Source: an uncultured Planctomycetota bacterium (lineage in GTDB: Bacteria > Planctomycetota > PLA2 > JAEUHO01). Taken from it: a stretch of 64,000 bases of DNA. Both the position numbers and the translations under genes were made by a program. The notes under the pieces were generated by a model. The model did no database searches, was not told the origin of the DNA, and saw nothing but the letters and a program-made list of their open reading frames with translations. Location of the stretch: NCBI GenBank assembly GCA_963752285.1, contig CAVVXN010000003.1, forward strand, positions 128,001 to 192,000, in the 5' to 3' direction. The stretch's first letter is position 1. Every line of letters starts with the position of its first letter. Below are positions 55,682 through 64,000 of this stretch, in pieces.

Positions 55682-57723
55682 GTGGCGCGGGTCGCGACGG
55701 GACCGGTGATCCGGCGCCGGTCGCTTGGCCCGTAGGATGGGCGGCCCTCGTGCGCGACTACCTCGACATCGTCGTCTCGCTCTACCTGGCGACCGCGCCG
55801 TACCTCGTCGTGGGGTTCCTCCTCGCGGGGCTGATCCAGGTCCTCCTCCCGGAGCGTTGGGTGGAGCGACACCTGGGGCCGGACCGGTTCCGCTCGGTCG
55901 CGATCGCGGCGGCGGCGGGGATCCCGCTCCCGCTCTGCTCGTGCTCCGTGCTGCCGACGGCGGCGGCGCTCCGCCAAAGCGGCGCGAGCAAGGGGGCCAC
56001 CACGGCGTTCCTCATCAGCACGCCCGAGACCGGAGTCGACTCGATCGGCGTCACGTGGGCCCTGCTCGATCCGCTGATGACCGTGTTGCGCCCGGTCGGG
56101 GCGCTCCTCGGCGCGCTCCTGACCGGGAGTCTGGTGAACGGGCTCGTCCGCGCGGGCTGGGACGGGTCGAGGACCTCGCCCGCGGCGGATCCGACGACGG
56201 CCCCGGTCGAGGACGCCTGCGCCTGCGGCCCGGGGTGCGAGGCCGGGGCGACCGCGCCCGCGCGCGGCGTCGTCCCGACCGTCGTGCGCGGCGCGCGCTA
56301 CGGGTTCGGGCGTCTCCTCGACGACCTGACGCCCTGGCTGGTGCTCGGCTTCCTCCTCTCGGGCGCGTTCGCGATGCTGCTTCCCGAGGGGTTCTTCGAG
56401 CACACGTTTCCGACCGGCTGGCCGGCGTACCTCCTGATGCTCGTCGCGGGGATCCCCCTCTACGTGTGCGCGGTGGCGGCGACGCCGCTCGCCGCGGTGC
56501 TGATCGCGAAGGGTCTCGACCCGGGCGCGGCGCTCGTCCTCCTGCTCGCCGGGCCCGCCACGAACGTGGCGACGATCCTCGTCGTGACGCGTGTGCTCGG
56601 GCGTCGGGTCGCAGTCGTCTACGTGCTCGGGGTCGCGGCGTCGGCGTTGCTCCTGGGCGCGGTCGCGGGAGCGATCTACCGGAGCCCGGCGCTCGACATC
56701 GCCTCCGTCGCCGCGGCGTCGCTCCGCCGCGAGTCGTCGCCCGTGCGGCTCGCCGCCGCCCTGCTCCTGCTGGTCCTCCTCCTCGCGAGCGGCGTCCGCC
56801 TCGTGCGCGCGAGGTGGCGGGTCCTTCGGCGCGGCGGGACCGCGCTCCTGCTGCTCCCGCTCGTCCTGCTCCCCGCCGTCCTCGGCCTCGCCTCGTGCGG
56901 GTCGGCGCCGGACGGCAGACGGCTCCGCGTCGTCGTGAGCGTCGCGCCCGACGCGTGGCTCGTACGCGAGGTCGCGGGAGACGACGTCGAGGTCGTGACG
57001 CTCGCAGAGCCCGGCGACGACCCGCACACGTACCAGCCGACCGACGCGCAGGTGTCGGCCGCGCTCGGCGCGCGGATCTTCTTCCGGACCGGCGTCCCGT
57101 TCGAGAACGGAGCGTGGACCCGCGCGCTCCGGGAGCGGCCGGGCATCGAGATCGTGGACCTGAGGCAGGGGCTCGTGCTGCGGCGCGTCGGCGGCGCCGA
57201 GGCGGCCGGGAGCGACGGCCGGGGCCACGGCGACGAGGAGATGGATCCTCACGTCTGGCTCGCGCCGAAGCTGCTCGAGACGGAGGCGCACACGGTCGCC
57301 GCGGCGCTCGACCGCGTGGATCCCGACGGCGCCGCCGCGCGTGCCGCCAACCTCTCGCGGCTCGTCGAGCGGCTCCGCGCGACCGACGCCGAGGTGTCGC
57401 GGATCCTCTCGCCGTACCGCGGCCGGCGCGTGTACGTGTTCCACCCCGCGTTCGGCTACCTCCTCGACGCGTACGGTCTCGTGCAGGTCGCGATCGAGGA
57501 CGAGGGGAAGGAGCCGTCCGAGGCCGACCTGACCGCGCGGATCCGACAGGCGAGGGAGGACGGCGTGCGCGCGGTCTTCGTCCAGTCGCAGGTCCAGGGC
57601 CGCGCGGCGAAGGCCCTGGCCGGCGCGCTCGGGGTGAAGGTCCTGTATCTTGACCCGCTCGCCCCGGACGTGACCGGGAACCTGGTCGTGATCGCCCGAG
57701 CCCTCGCGACCTCCTTCGATTGA
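55678..57723 (+). CDS. DUF318/SO_0444-type metal permease fused to ZnuA-like metal-binding protein
   Basis: GIPLPLCSCSVLP, FLISTPETGVDS, PLYVCA, AGPATN, then without a stop LASC, DPHTYQP, DPHVWL, HPAFGY; start 55678 or 55750. Confidence 0.85.
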   Translation: MSGAGRDGTGDPAPVAWPVGWAALVRDYLDIVVSLYLATAPYLVVGFLLAGLIQVLLPERWVERHLGPDRFRSVAIAAAAGIPLPLCSCSVLPTAAALRQSGASKGATTAFLISTPETGVDSIGVTWALLDPLMTVLRPVGALLGALLTGSLVNGLVRAGWDGSRTSPAADPTTAPVEDACACGPGCEAGATAPARGVVPTVVRGARYGFGRLLDDLTPWLVLGFLLSGAFAMLLPEGFFEHTFPTGWPAYLLMLVAGIPLYVCAVAATPLAAVLIAKGLDPGAALVLLLAGPATNVATILVVTRVLGRRVAVVYVLGVAASALLLGAVAGAIYRSPALDIASVAAASLRRESSPVRLAAALLLLVLLLASGVRLVRARWRVLRRGGTALLLLPLVLLPAVLGLASCGSAPDGRRLRVVVSVAPDAWLVREVAGDDVEVVTLAEPGDDPHTYQPTDAQVSAALGARIFFRTGVPFENGAWTRALRERPGIEIVDLRQGLVLRRVGGAEAAGSDGRGHGDEEMDPHVWLAPKLLETEAHTVAAALDRVDPDGAAARAANLSRLVERLRATDAEVSRILSPYRGRRVYVFHPAFGYLLDAYGLVQVAIEDEGKEPSEADLTARIRQAREDGVRAVFVQSQVQGRAAKALAGALGVKVLYLDPLAPDVTGNLVVIARALATSFD

Positions 57724-58553
57724 CGCGCCCCGTGAGCCCCACCTCCGACACCCCCGTGGTCCGGCTCCGAGGCGTTTCCTTCTCGTACCCCGGCCCGGAG
57801 TCCGCCGGCCCCGCGCTCGAGGACGTGGACCTCGACGTGATGCCCGGCGACTTCGTGGGCCTGATCGGGCCGAACGGCGGCGGCAAGACCACGCTCCTCC
57901 GGATCATCCTCGGTCTCCTCGAGCCGGACGCCGGGACCGTGGAGGTGCTCGGGCGGCCGCCGCGCGAGGTCTCGCGCTGGATCGGCTACGTGCCGCAGCA
58001 GAGCCGCCTCGATCCCGACGCGCCCGCCACGGTTCTCGACGTCGCCCTGATGGGTCGGCTCGGCGCGAGCCCGTGGGGGTTCCGCCACGCGAAGGGCGAC
58101 GTGCGCCTGGCGCGGGAGGCGCTCGACCGCATGGAGGTGCTCCCGCTCGAGCGGCGGCGCGTCGGCGAGCTCTCCGGGGGCCAACGCCAGCGGGTGCTGA
58201 TCGCGCGGGCCCTGGCGTCGCAGGCCCGGATCCTCCTGCTCGACGAGCCGCTCGCCGGCGTGGACCTGCACATGGAGGCGGGCATCTTGGAGGTGCTCCA
58301 GGGGCTCCTCTCCGAGATGCCCGTGCTCCTCGTGAGTCACGACGTGAGCTTCGTCACCGCGCACGTGAAACGCGTCGCGTGCCTGAACGTGCACATGGTC
58401 GTGAGCGAGCCCGGGACGATCACCCGGAGCGTGATCGCGGAGATGTACGGGTCGCGCGGTCCCGTGCGCGCGCTCGAACACCGCGCGGGTTGTCCGACCT
58501 CCCTCGACCTGCCGGCGACGGCGCCCCGCGGCGACGCGGAGCACCGGCGATGA
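57720..58553 (+). CDS. znuC: Zn/Mn ABC transporter ATPase
   Basis: GPNGGGKT, IGYVPQ, LSGGQRQR, LLLDEP, VSHD. Confidence 0.9.
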   Translation: MTRPVSPTSDTPVVRLRGVSFSYPGPESAGPALEDVDLDVMPGDFVGLIGPNGGGKTTLLRIILGLLEPDAGTVEVLGRPPREVSRWIGYVPQQSRLDPDAPATVLDVALMGRLGASPWGFRHAKGDVRLAREALDRMEVLPLERRRVGELSGGQRQRVLIARALASQARILLLDEPLAGVDLHMEAGILEVLQGLLSEMPVLLVSHDVSFVTAHVKRVACLNVHMVVSEPGTITRSVIAEMYGSRGPVRALEHRAGCPTSLDLPATAPRGDAEHRR

Positions 58554-59386
58554 TCCGCTTCTTCCAGGACATGGCGGTCAACCCGCTGCTCCTGACGGGG
58601 CTCCTCGGCGGGCTCCTCGCGGGACTCGCCTGCGGCCTGATCGGTCCCTACGTCGTCGCCCGGCGCATCGTGTTCCTCGCCGGCGCGATCGCGCACTCCG
58701 TGGTCGCGGGCGTGGGTGCGGTGATCTTCCTCCGCTACCAGCTCGACTGGCCGGCGCTCGACCCGCTCCACGGTGCGCTCGTGGCGGCGCTGCTCGCGGC
58801 CGTGCTCGTGGGGCTCGTGCACCACTACGCGCGCGAGCGGCTCGACACCCTGATCGGCGCGCTGTGGGCCGTGGGCATGGCCGTCGGCCTCATGCTCATC
58901 CGGTTCACGCCCGGCTACCAGACCGAGATCTTCTCGTACCTCTTCGGAAACGTCGCCGTCGTGAGCCGCGGCGACGTAACGCTCCTCGTCGCCCTGGACG
59001 CGGTGATCGTGGGCGTCCTCGCGCTCTACCACAAGCGGCTGACTGCGATCGTGCTCGACGAGGAGTACACGGGCGTGCAGGGCGTCAGCGTGCTCGGAAC
59101 GAACCTCGTGCTGCTGATGCTCGTGAGCCTGGCCGTCGTGGCGATGATCCGCGTGGTCGGGCTGATCCTGGTGATCGCGCTCCTGACGCTCCCTGCCGCC
59201 GTCGCCGGCCTCGCGACGCGCCGTCTCGCGCCCATGATGATCCTCTCGACGGGCCTCTGCCTCGTCCTCGTGACGATCCCGCGCGTCGCCGTGTACGGGA
59301 CGCGCGTCTCGCCGGAAGCGGCGATCGTCCTCTCGGCGGCCGGCCTGTACCTCGCCGCGCTCGCCGCCCGCCGTCTCCTCGCCTGA
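58550..59386 (+). CDS. znuB: Zn/Mn ABC transporter permease
   Basis: AIAH, YLFG, DEEY, VVGLILVIALLTLPA; ATGA overlap. Confidence 0.9.
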   Translation: MIRFFQDMAVNPLLLTGLLGGLLAGLACGLIGPYVVARRIVFLAGAIAHSVVAGVGAVIFLRYQLDWPALDPLHGALVAALLAAVLVGLVHHYARERLDTLIGALWAVGMAVGLMLIRFTPGYQTEIFSYLFGNVAVVSRGDVTLLVALDAVIVGVLALYHKRLTAIVLDEEYTGVQGVSVLGTNLVLLMLVSLAVVAMIRVVGLILVIALLTLPAAVAGLATRRLAPMMILSTGLCLVLVTIPRVAVYGTRVSPEAAIVLSAAGLYLAALAARRLLA

Positions 59387-59454
59387 TCGTCCCGTGGGCG
59401 CGCACGGGCCGTGACGACGCCCGACCCGATCGACGCGCCGCCCCGGCCCGACTG

Positions 59455-62400
59455 TCAGGAGAGCAGCGCCTGGAGCTCCTCGCGGGTCAACGTGCCGAGC
59501 GCGCGCGCGTCCTCGCCGATGACGGCGTCGGCGAGGGCGCGCTTCTCGGCCTGGAGCTCGAGGACCTTCTCCTCGACGGTGTCCCGCGCGATCAACCGGT
59601 AGCTCATCACGGGCCGCTTCTGGCCGATCCGGTGGGCGCGGTCCACGGCCTGTCGCTCCACGGCCGGGTTCCACCAGGGATCCAGCAGGAACACGTAGTC
59701 CGCGGCGGTGAGGTTCAGGCCGAGGCCGCCCGCCTTGAGGCTGATCAGGAAGACCCGGCACGACTCGTCGGACTGGAAGTGGTCCACCTTGGCCTTGCGG
59801 TCGCGCGTCCGACCGTCGAGGTACTCGTACGGGATGCCGCGCTCGTCCAGTCGCGCGCGGACGATCGCGAGGAGCTTCGTGAACTGGGAGAAGACGAGCG
59901 CCTTGTGCGTTCCCTCCGCGATCTCCTCCAGGTGCGGGAGCAACGCGTCCAGCTTCGCCGACGACTCGTCGCGACGGCCCGGGTCGAGGAGGCCGGGGTG
60001 ACACGCGGCCTGGCGCAGACGGAGCAAGGCTTCGAGGACGTGGATCCTCATCTGCGACACGGGCGCGGTGCCCGCCTTGGCCGCCAGCGTCGTGCGCACG
60101 TGATCGCGGATCCTCTCGTACTCCTTGCGTTCCCGGCCGCGAAGCTCGCAATGGAGCACCTGCTCGGCCTTGGGAGGAAGGTCGGAGAGGACCTGCTCCT
60201 TGGTCCGCCGGAGGACGAAGGGCCGGACGGCCCGCGCGAGGCGCGTGCGGTCGTCCGGCGAGAACGACCGGCCGTTGCCGGCCGCGAAGAGCGACCGAAA
60301 CGAGCGAGCGCGGCCCAGCATCCCCGGGTTCAGGAACTCGAAGAGCGACCAGAGCTCGCCGAGGTGATTCTCGATCGGCGTGCCGCTGAGCGCCAACCGG
60401 TGCTGCGCGTCGAGCAGACGGGCGGCCTTCGCCGACTGGCTCTGGGGGTTCTTGATGGCCTGCGCCTCGTCGAGGACGACGTGGTCGAACGGGATCTCCC
60501 TCAGATCGACCACGTCCCGGCGCAGCGTCCCGTACGTCGTCACCACGAGGTGGTGTTCACCGATCCTCGACCTGGCCTCGCGCCGATCGAGCCCGGTGTA
60601 GTCGAGCACCCGGAGGTGCGGCGCGAACCGCTTCGCCTCCTCGACCCAGTTGTGCACGACGGACCGCGGGGCGACCACGAGCGACGGGCGCCTCTTCCGC
60701 GCGCCGCCGCGTCGCTTCCCGTCGAGCAGCGCGAGGACCTGGACGGTCTTGCCGAGCCCCATGTCGTCGGCAAGGCAGCCGCCCAGGCCGGTGCGTTCGA
60801 GGAACCGGAGCCAGCCGAGGCCTTCCCGCTGGTAGGGCCGGAGCTCGCCTTCGAAGCTGTCGGGCTCCGTCTCCGGGTGGACGCCGTCGAACGTCCGGAG
60901 TCGCCGCCGGAGCCGCTGGAATTGCCGATCGACCGCGACGCCCTGCCGGTCGGCGAGGAGCGCGTCGAGAAGCCACGCCTGGCTCGAGCGAAACCGGAGT
61001 CCCGCGCCTTCCTCGGTCGCGAGCGCGAGGGCCAGGCCCCAGCTCTCGAGCCAGCGCTCCGGGAGGAGCCCCAGGGAGCCGTCGCCGAGCCGGACCACGC
61101 CGTCCGCCGCGCGCGCCGCCTCGAGGAGGGACGGGAGCGGCACCGGCTCCCCGTCGAAGTCCATGATCCCTTCGAGGTCGAACCAGTCCACGCCGCTTCG
61201 AACGGAGAGGTGGAACGCGCCGGGGGCCCGATACCGCCGACCGTCCGCCTCGACCTGCCAGCCCTCCCCGAGCAGCGTCCGCACGATCTCCGGCAACGAC
61301 TTCGTCGGGACGTGTCCGTCGAAGCGCGTATTGCCCGGGGCCGCCGCGCGACCGCCGGCCTCGAGGAAGCGGCCGAGCGCACGACGTTCGAGCTCGGGGT
61401 CGCGTCGAACCGGGTTGCCGTCGGGGTCGAGGAGGAGGGCGCGGGCCTCGGCGGCGCCGACGCTCGCCCCGTCGTACACGAAGTGGATCCGACACGGCAG
61501 CTCGCGGAGCCTTCCTCCGGTGCGATCCGGGCCCTCGACGTGCAGTCGCGGCACCGGCGCGACGGCGCGGGGTCTCGGGAGGCGCTCGATCTCGAGGAGG
61601 GGCGGGCCGGGCAGCGCGAGGAGGAGCCCGATCACCTCGTCGCGCGCCCGCGCGGGGCCGTCGAGGGGGCCGTGGAGCCGGAGCGCGGTCACCCAGGGCA
61701 TCGCGCCGCCGTGGTCGAAGCCGGCGAGACGCCCGTCGAGCACGAGGAGTCCGCGTTCCAGGAGGATGTCGGGCTCCGCGAGGGCGCGTCGCTCGCCGTC
61801 CCGGACGAGGACGCCCTCCACGACCACCCGCTTCCCGTCCCTTCCTCCCGTGAGCCGCAGGCAGAGTCGCCAGGGCGGCCCTTCGTCCAGCTCCAGCGGC
61901 TCCGAGGGCGCGTGGTCCGCCGAGGCCCTCACGGTCAACTGGCCCGCGCGGCACAGCGCCGGCAGGTGGTCCAGGAGCGCGGTCTCGGCGAGCGCGCGCG
62001 ACACGACCGCGGGCCCGGGACGCGCCCAGGGGTTGCGCCACGCATCCGCCGTGGGCTCGAGGAGTGCGAGCGCAACGCGGTCTTCGGGCGCGGGGTCCCA
62101 ACGAAGCGCGGTCCGCGCAGCGTCGAGCGGCCGTGCGACGCTCCACCCGCCGCGCGCGAGCCTCGTCTGCCACAGCACGTCGAGCCGGAACCGGCCGTGG
62201 CGCCGCGCGCTCTCGACGTCGATCGCGTAGAGCACGCGGTCGTTCGGCTCCTCCAGGCCCGCAAACGCCTGTCGCTCCGGCGCGGCCCGCGCCACGAGTC
62301 CGTCCAGGCGTGCTCGGAAGTCGGGGACCCGCGCCGGCCGGACCTCGGTGGCGAGTCGCGCGAGATCGAGGTGCGCGCGGTCCGTCTCGTCGTCGTCCAC

Positions 62401-62736
62401 GGCATCCTCGGCGAGGATCTCGAGGTCGTCGGAGCCGTCGGGAAGCGGCGCGGGAACGAGCCGAAGCTGTCGTCGGTCTCCCTCCCACGCAAGCGCCCAC
62501 AGGTGCTTGCAGGCCCCGTACCCCTCGAACGCCGGACACGAGCAGCTTCCCCACAGCGCGGTGTCCTCGTCCACGAGCAGGCGGGTGTCGTATCGGCGGG
62601 TCCCGCCGACCTCGGCCTCGACGGCGTTCGGCACGGGGAGGCGGACCCGTTTCACGCGGCCTGCCAGGGCGAGGTCCAGCCCTCGCGCCCGGACGGCCCG
62701 GGGAACGGCGGGTTCGAGGAGCGCGCAGAGTCCCAT
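59455..62736 (-). CDS. SWIM zinc finger + SNF2-family (DEAD/DEAH) helicase-like ATPase
   Basis: SWIM CSCP...CKHLWA; LRPYQ, LADDMGLGKT, LDEAQAIKN, SGTPIEN, LRLRQAACHP, SLKAGGLGLNLTAAD, QAVDRAHRIGQ; start uncertain. Confidence 0.92.
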   Translation of the reverse strand: MGLCALLEPAVPRAVRARGLDLALAGRVKRVRLPVPNAVEAEVGGTRRYDTRLLVDEDTALWGSCSCPAFEGYGACKHLWALAWEGDRRQLRLVPAPLPDGSDDLEILAEDAVDDDETDRAHLDLARLATEVRPARVPDFRARLDGLVARAAPERQAFAGLEEPNDRVLYAIDVESARRHGRFRLDVLWQTRLARGGWSVARPLDAARTALRWDPAPEDRVALALLEPTADAWRNPWARPGPAVVSRALAETALLDHLPALCRAGQLTVRASADHAPSEPLELDEGPPWRLCLRLTGGRDGKRVVVEGVLVRDGERRALAEPDILLERGLLVLDGRLAGFDHGGAMPWVTALRLHGPLDGPARARDEVIGLLLALPGPPLLEIERLPRPRAVAPVPRLHVEGPDRTGGRLRELPCRIHFVYDGASVGAAEARALLLDPDGNPVRRDPELERRALGRFLEAGGRAAAPGNTRFDGHVPTKSLPEIVRTLLGEGWQVEADGRRYRAPGAFHLSVRSGVDWFDLEGIMDFDGEPVPLPSLLEAARAADGVVRLGDGSLGLLPERWLESWGLALALATEEGAGLRFRSSQAWLLDALLADRQGVAVDRQFQRLRRRLRTFDGVHPETEPDSFEGELRPYQREGLGWLRFLERTGLGGCLADDMGLGKTVQVLALLDGKRRGGARKRRPSLVVAPRSVVHNWVEEAKRFAPHLRVLDYTGLDRREARSRIGEHHLVVTTYGTLRRDVVDLREIPFDHVVLDEAQAIKNPQSQSAKAARLLDAQHRLALSGTPIENHLGELWSLFEFLNPGMLGRARSFRSLFAAGNGRSFSPDDRTRLARAVRPFVLRRTKEQVLSDLPPKAEQVLHCELRGRERKEYERIRDHVRTTLAAKAGTAPVSQMRIHVLEALLRLRQAACHPGLLDPGRRDESSAKLDALLPHLEEIAEGTHKALVFSQFTKLLAIVRARLDERGIPYEYLDGRTRDRKAKVDHFQSDESCRVFLISLKAGGLGLNLTAADYVFLLDPWWNPAVERQAVDRAHRIGQKRPVMSYRLIARDTVEEKVLELQAEKRALADAVIGEDARALGTLTREELQALLS

Positions 62737-62873
62737 GGGCCGGGGAGGATACGGGCCCGGGTGGACGCTCCCGGCCGTGCCGACCGCGCCTACGAAACGG
62801 GGTCGGACCCTCGCGAGAGGACCCGACCCCGGGGTGGCGCGGCCTCGACGAACCGCGCGGCGTGTGCGTCGCG

Positions 62874-63473
62874 CTACATGTAGTTGATGAACCAGTGACG
62901 CGACGAGGACTCGTTCTCGGGCTCGCGGCGCCACGGCGGCACGACGCCCTCGAACATCGCGGCGACCCACGGCACCTCGACCGGCGCGAGCTTGCGGCCC
63001 GGCGTCAGGTGCATGGGACGATCGCGGATGTCGGCGAGCAGGTGGCCGAGGATGTCGAGGTGGAAGGAGTGATCGCCCGCGAGGACCTCCATGAACTTCT
63101 TGAGGAAGCGGTCCGTGACCTGGTCCGTGGCGCGACGGTGGAAGATGATCGCGCGCTCCGCCGATCGGAACGCCTCGTCGAACGCGCCGTAGAGCGCGAC
63201 GGGGTTGAGGATCGGCGGGCCCTCCGCGGCGCGCGGACGGCGCCGGCGGCCCGACTGCCGGATCAGCGACTTGCCGCCGTCCCGGTCGCGGAGGTGCCGC
63301 GAGAGGATGCGCGCGTGGTCGCGAACCTCGGCCGCGTACTCCTCGAAGAGTCGGCGGATCGGCCCGTACGTGAACGCACGTCCCACGCGGAGGTAGCGAG
63401 CCTCCACGTTCTGCTCGATCAGAATGCCGGTCTGGATGATGCGGCTGGTACGGTCCTGGGTGGGGATGATCAT
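62874..63473 (-). CDS. Ferritin/rubrerythrin-like four-helix protein with degenerate metal ligands
   Basis: AGGAG RBS; two related halves ILIEQ...Y / LFEEYAAEVRDH and AERAIIFH / FMEVLAGDHSFH. Confidence 0.55.
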   Translation of the reverse strand: MIIPTQDRTSRIIQTGILIEQNVEARYLRVGRAFTYGPIRRLFEEYAAEVRDHARILSRHLRDRDGGKSLIRQSGRRRRPRAAEGPPILNPVALYGAFDEAFRSAERAIIFHRRATDQVTDRFLKKFMEVLAGDHSFHLDILGHLLADIRDRPMHLTPGRKLAPVEVPWVAAMFEGVVPPWRREPENESSSRHWFINYM

Positions 63474-63855
63474 CGTTCTCTCCTGGCGAGTCGCTCGCGC
63501 GCGAGCGACGGATTCCCCCGCTGACGATCCGACCCCGCGCACACCGTCCGCCGGCGCTGGGCCGGTGCGAGACGGCGGGACGGACGCGAAGCGTCCTCGG
63601 TGGCATTCCTCCGAATTCGTGGCCCTCGTAGCTGGTTCGGCGGGTCTTGGAAACGTGGGGAAAACGTTCGCTTGGTCCGACGAATTCCCGGGAAAACCGT
63701 GAGTAGGCGAACCATCGGGCCCAGCCGGGCCATGCAACGCGCGCATGTTAGTGCAGCCCCGGGGCCCGACGCAATAGCCCTGTGTCGAGGAAGACCGTGG
63801 AATTGTTGCCGAAACCCTAGTCTGAGGCCCCGGTTTCGGTGATTCTACACGCTTC

Positions 63856-64000
63856 ATGTGGACTGAACTCGTCCCCATTCTCGCCTGTCCGGCCTGCCGC
63901 GCGCGGCTGGAGCGGCGGGGCGACGCGTCGATCGCGTGCGTCGGCTGCGGTCGGGCGTGGCCGGTGGCGCGCGGCATCCCGCGGCTCCTGGTGCGCGAGG
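63856..64000 (+). CDS. Trm112-family small zinc-ribbon protein (3' truncated by window edge; absent from ORF track)
   Basis: Manual translation MWTELVPILACPACRARLERRGDASIACVGCGRAWPVARGIPRLLVRE: LACP.C and C..C...PV..GIP.LL pattern. Confidence 0.8.
   Translation, partial: MWTELVPILACPACRARLERRGDASIACVGCGRAWPVARGIPRLLVRE

Noticed and set aside
59455..62736. SNF2 helicase as part of an anti-phage system
   Set aside because: SWIM-SNF2 is a common stand-alone bacterial architecture and no methylase, nuclease or other defence genes flank it.

Overview
A very GC-rich, gene-dense bacterial chromosomal segment; the ECF sigma/Ser-Thr kinase pair, double-length UvrA, Cys-rich envelope protein and porin type suggest a Planctomycetota-like organism (inference only). 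It holds about 45 protein genes and one tRNA-Leu(GAG), with no integrase, transposase, CRISPR array or rRNA. Left part: permuted LeuD-LeuC-like aconitase, LeuB-like dehydrogenase, aminotransferase, a YyaL-OsmC-QueF-PP2C run, and an orphan NuoEF diaphorase next to moeA. Centre: an OmpR/PhoB regulator followed by two almost identical OprO/P-like porin genes that differ mainly in the signal peptide and one short segment. Each porin gene is trailed by the same inverted-repeat element, a tandem REP/BIME-like hairpin array and a G-rich tract. Right part: a frameshifted tandem UvrA, adenosine deaminase, a Tat-type xanthine-dehydrogenase-family operon with a small Cys-rich fourth gene, an ECF/kinase pair, and an Ehr (hydrogenase-4-like, no NiFe ligands) operon. 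That operon contains an HTH-PTS EIIA gene and runs into a permease-ZnuA fusion plus ZnuCB. A SWIM-SNF2 helicase and a degenerate ferritin-like gene end the window. The best candidates for something new are the porin/repeat cassette locus (24.7-30.4 kb) and the Ehr-EIIA-metal transporter operon (47.7-59.4 kb). All calls come from motifs read by eye; no database searches were run.
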